Of a stretch of DNA of 64,000 nt, positions 62,372 through 64,000 are shown piece after piece. Made by a program: the position numbers and the translations under genes. The notes beneath the pieces are model-generated. The model was not told the origin of the DNA. It did not search any database and worked only from the letters and a program-made list of their open reading frames with translations. Origin of the DNA: Nitrospira sp. (GTDB lineage: Bacteria > Nitrospirota > Thermodesulfovibrionia > Thermodesulfovibrionales > SM23-35); NCBI GenBank assembly GCA_016873615.1, contig VGWX01000002.1, positions 5,101 to 69,100 on the forward strand, given 5' to 3'. Positions within the stretch are counted from its first letter, which is position 1. Every line of letters begins with the position of its first letter.

Positions 62372-64000
62372 GTCAGATATCCGCCAAACACATATGTCTC
62401 TTTCTTCGTATCATTTGTCTCGCGTGTATAGTTATAGGAGAACTGAAAATCAAGAAATCTTGTAATATGCCATATCAAATAGCCGCTAAAAGAATCGGTT
62501 AACGTTGTATCCGGCCTTGTATCTTTAAATGTATGCTGGTAATTAAAATTCATACGGACAGCAGGAAGAAACAACCAGTCTATCAAAATCCCTTCTGAGC
62601 TGGTTGTTTCATTATCCGTATCTGATACGGAAAAACTACCTGACAGGCTGAAAAACCTGCCCGGACGATATGTAAGCAACATCAATGCATCGTTCGTGCT
62701 CGAAGAACTGCTGCCCGAAGCGCTGCTCAATCCATACGTTAGGTTGGCCGAGACTTTTGAAGAGAGACGCGCATCAAGCGTTCCCCTGACATACCGTGTT
62801 GAGGAGCTGGTGTCTTCCGAAGTTGCTGAGTCCGCTGACCGACTGTTGGTCGCATATGTCCTGGAATCAGTATATCCTATATCAGCAATCATATTCACAT
62901 CCCTGTAAAGTTTTGCCCCTACTGTCAGAAAATACAAACTGTTCATCGAGTGTTTTTCATTAAAATCAAAGGAATAAGTTCTGACAAAAGAGAGGTTCGT
63001 ATCGAGCGTTGGAAGAGGAGATGAATTAAAGGCTAATGAGTATGTATCTGATCTGATATCTGTCTTTTCTTTGTTGTCAAATGCCTGATTCCTCTCAAAC
63101 CTTGCTGTTGTTGCCAGATATCTCTGGATAAGCCACGTTGAAGATGCCCCGAAGTTTCTGGTTATATTGCTTTGAAGCATATTTCCGTTTTTCTGTATGG
63201 AATTCGTAAAGATGTTTGCAAAAGCGCCGCCGATTGAATTGATAACTGAAGCAGGGTTCTGGTCAGCCCTGTTCAGGAAATAATTAAGCCTGAAGGAAAG
63301 GACGGCTGAAGGCTTTATATTGGCATTAAAGCTGACGCCCTGGGTAAAGAATGTCGAAGTATCAGTGATTTTGCCTGACTGAGGTATAATATCAGCGCCA
63401 TAAGCCTCCATCTCCGTGACAAATACATCATTTACAGACGATACCTCCATATTGATCGCCCTGAAAAAAAGACTGTTCTGGGGGGCTGCAAATTTGATTT
63501 CGTATCGGTAAACATTATTTACAATATCAAAAACATGTGCGTTTACAGTCAGGATATTTATCTCTGTCCATGTATTGGGCAGGTTATATTCACTCTTATA
63601 GACTTTCCAGTTTGACCTCTGTATTAGCTCTGTATCCGATGTGATATCCTTATTGACATAAATGTACAGTGTATCAACGGGTTTCGCTGACGAAAACAGC
63701 TGGATGCCTGTATTATGGAACTTCTTCCCGTTCTGACCTATATTAATTGTACCTGAAGTTGTTGTCGCCGGAATATTGTAAATATTATCGCTCAGTGTTA
63801 TCGTTGCAGTTAATATATCCGCATCAGGTTCGAGCTGGGTACCCGATCCGTATATTCCCATTGAAGGCATCCGTTTGAATGAAACGCTTCCTGTCTGAGC
63901 GGCAAACTGCTCGATCTTGTTGCGGAAGTAATTTCCCTGATAACCTGCTGATGCATTGATCCTGCCGTCCCAAAAAGCTTTGCTATACCCGATGTTATAC
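62356..64000 (-). CDS. large outer-membrane beta-barrel-like protein, 5' end beyond the right edge
   Basis: The frame stays open from 63870 to 64000 (…YNIGYSKAFWDGRINASAGYQGNYFRNK…). Ser/Thr/Asn/Tyr-rich alternating strands. C-terminus GGYLTCRLW (terminal aromatic). Overlaps the next gene by 16 nt. Confidence 0.6.
   Translation of the reverse strand, partial: YNIGYSKAFWDGRINASAGYQGNYFRNKIEQFAAQTGSVSFKRMPSMGIYGSGTQLEPDADILTATITLSDNIYNIPATTTSGTINIGQNGKKFHNTGIQLFSSAKPVDTLYIYVNKDITSDTELIQRSNWKVYKSEYNLPNTWTEINILTVNAHVFDIVNNVYRYEIKFAAPQNSLFFRAINMEVSSVNDVFVTEMEAYGADIIPQSGKITDTSTFFTQGVSFNANIKPSAVLSFRLNYFLNRADQNPASVINSIGGAFANIFTNSIQKNGNMLQSNITRNFGASSTWLIQRYLATTARFERNQAFDNKEKTDIRSDTYSLAFNSSPLPTLDTNLSFVRTYSFDFNEKHSMNSLYFLTVGAKLYRDVNMIADIGYTDSRTYATNSRSADSATSEDTSSSTRYVRGTLDARLSSKVSANLTYGLSSASGSSSSSTNDALMLLTYRPGRFFSLSGSFSVSDTDNETTSSEGILIDWLFLPAVRMNFNYQHTFKDTRPDTTLTDSFSGYLIWHITRFLDFQFSYNYTRETNDTKKETYVFGGYLTCRLW

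Noticed and set aside
1-64000. tRNA, rRNA, tmRNA, integrase or transposase genes, prophage or defence islands
   Set aside because: The intergenic gaps contain no tRNA-like T-arm (GGTTCGAATCC-type) or rRNA-like sequence. No ORF shows recombinase, Cas, restriction-modification or toxin-antitoxin signatures that I could recognise.

Overview
This 64 kb window is a bacterial chromosomal segment, AT-leaning (roughly 40-45% GC by eye), with one conspicuously GC-rich gene. The gene content suggests an uncultured anaerobe of the Nitrospirota/Desulfobacterota type, but that taxonomy is inference only. Supporting content: many multihaem cytochromes, IOR/PaaK/ACT modules, PAS/HD-GYP signalling and several families of small palindromic repeats.

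- **Left ~31 kb:** two-component signalling genes, scpB, a LysM-NlpC/P60 hydrolase, a MoeA fusion, a galT-glgA-kinase-regulator-moeA gene string, fabF, a RodZ-like gene, nadE, rsmI, valS and nadC.
- **Middle (32.9-48.8 kb):** a DAHP synthase preceded by what I read as a Phe/Tyr/Trp-rich leader-peptide attenuator. It is followed by an aromatic amino-acid/arylacetate module: a porin, a Liv-type ABC transporter, three PaaK and three ACT proteins, and split, convergent iorB and iorA.
- **Right 12 kb (51.9-64.0 kb, all minus strand):** an outer-membrane beta-barrel, three proteins carrying four GNA1162/LpoB-like lipoprotein domains, and a SurA-like PPIase. These are followed by 26-haem, 16-haem, OmcS-like (6 canonical + 1 variant motif), 8-haem and 1-haem cytochromes.

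I consider the right-hand cluster a candidate extracellular electron-transfer / cytochrome-filament assembly locus. Its signal-peptide and intercistronic regions are built from 7-bp AGCNNNN tandem repeats.

I saw no rRNA, tRNA, CRISPR, transposase or integrase genes. All homology statements come from reading motifs by eye; no searches were run.
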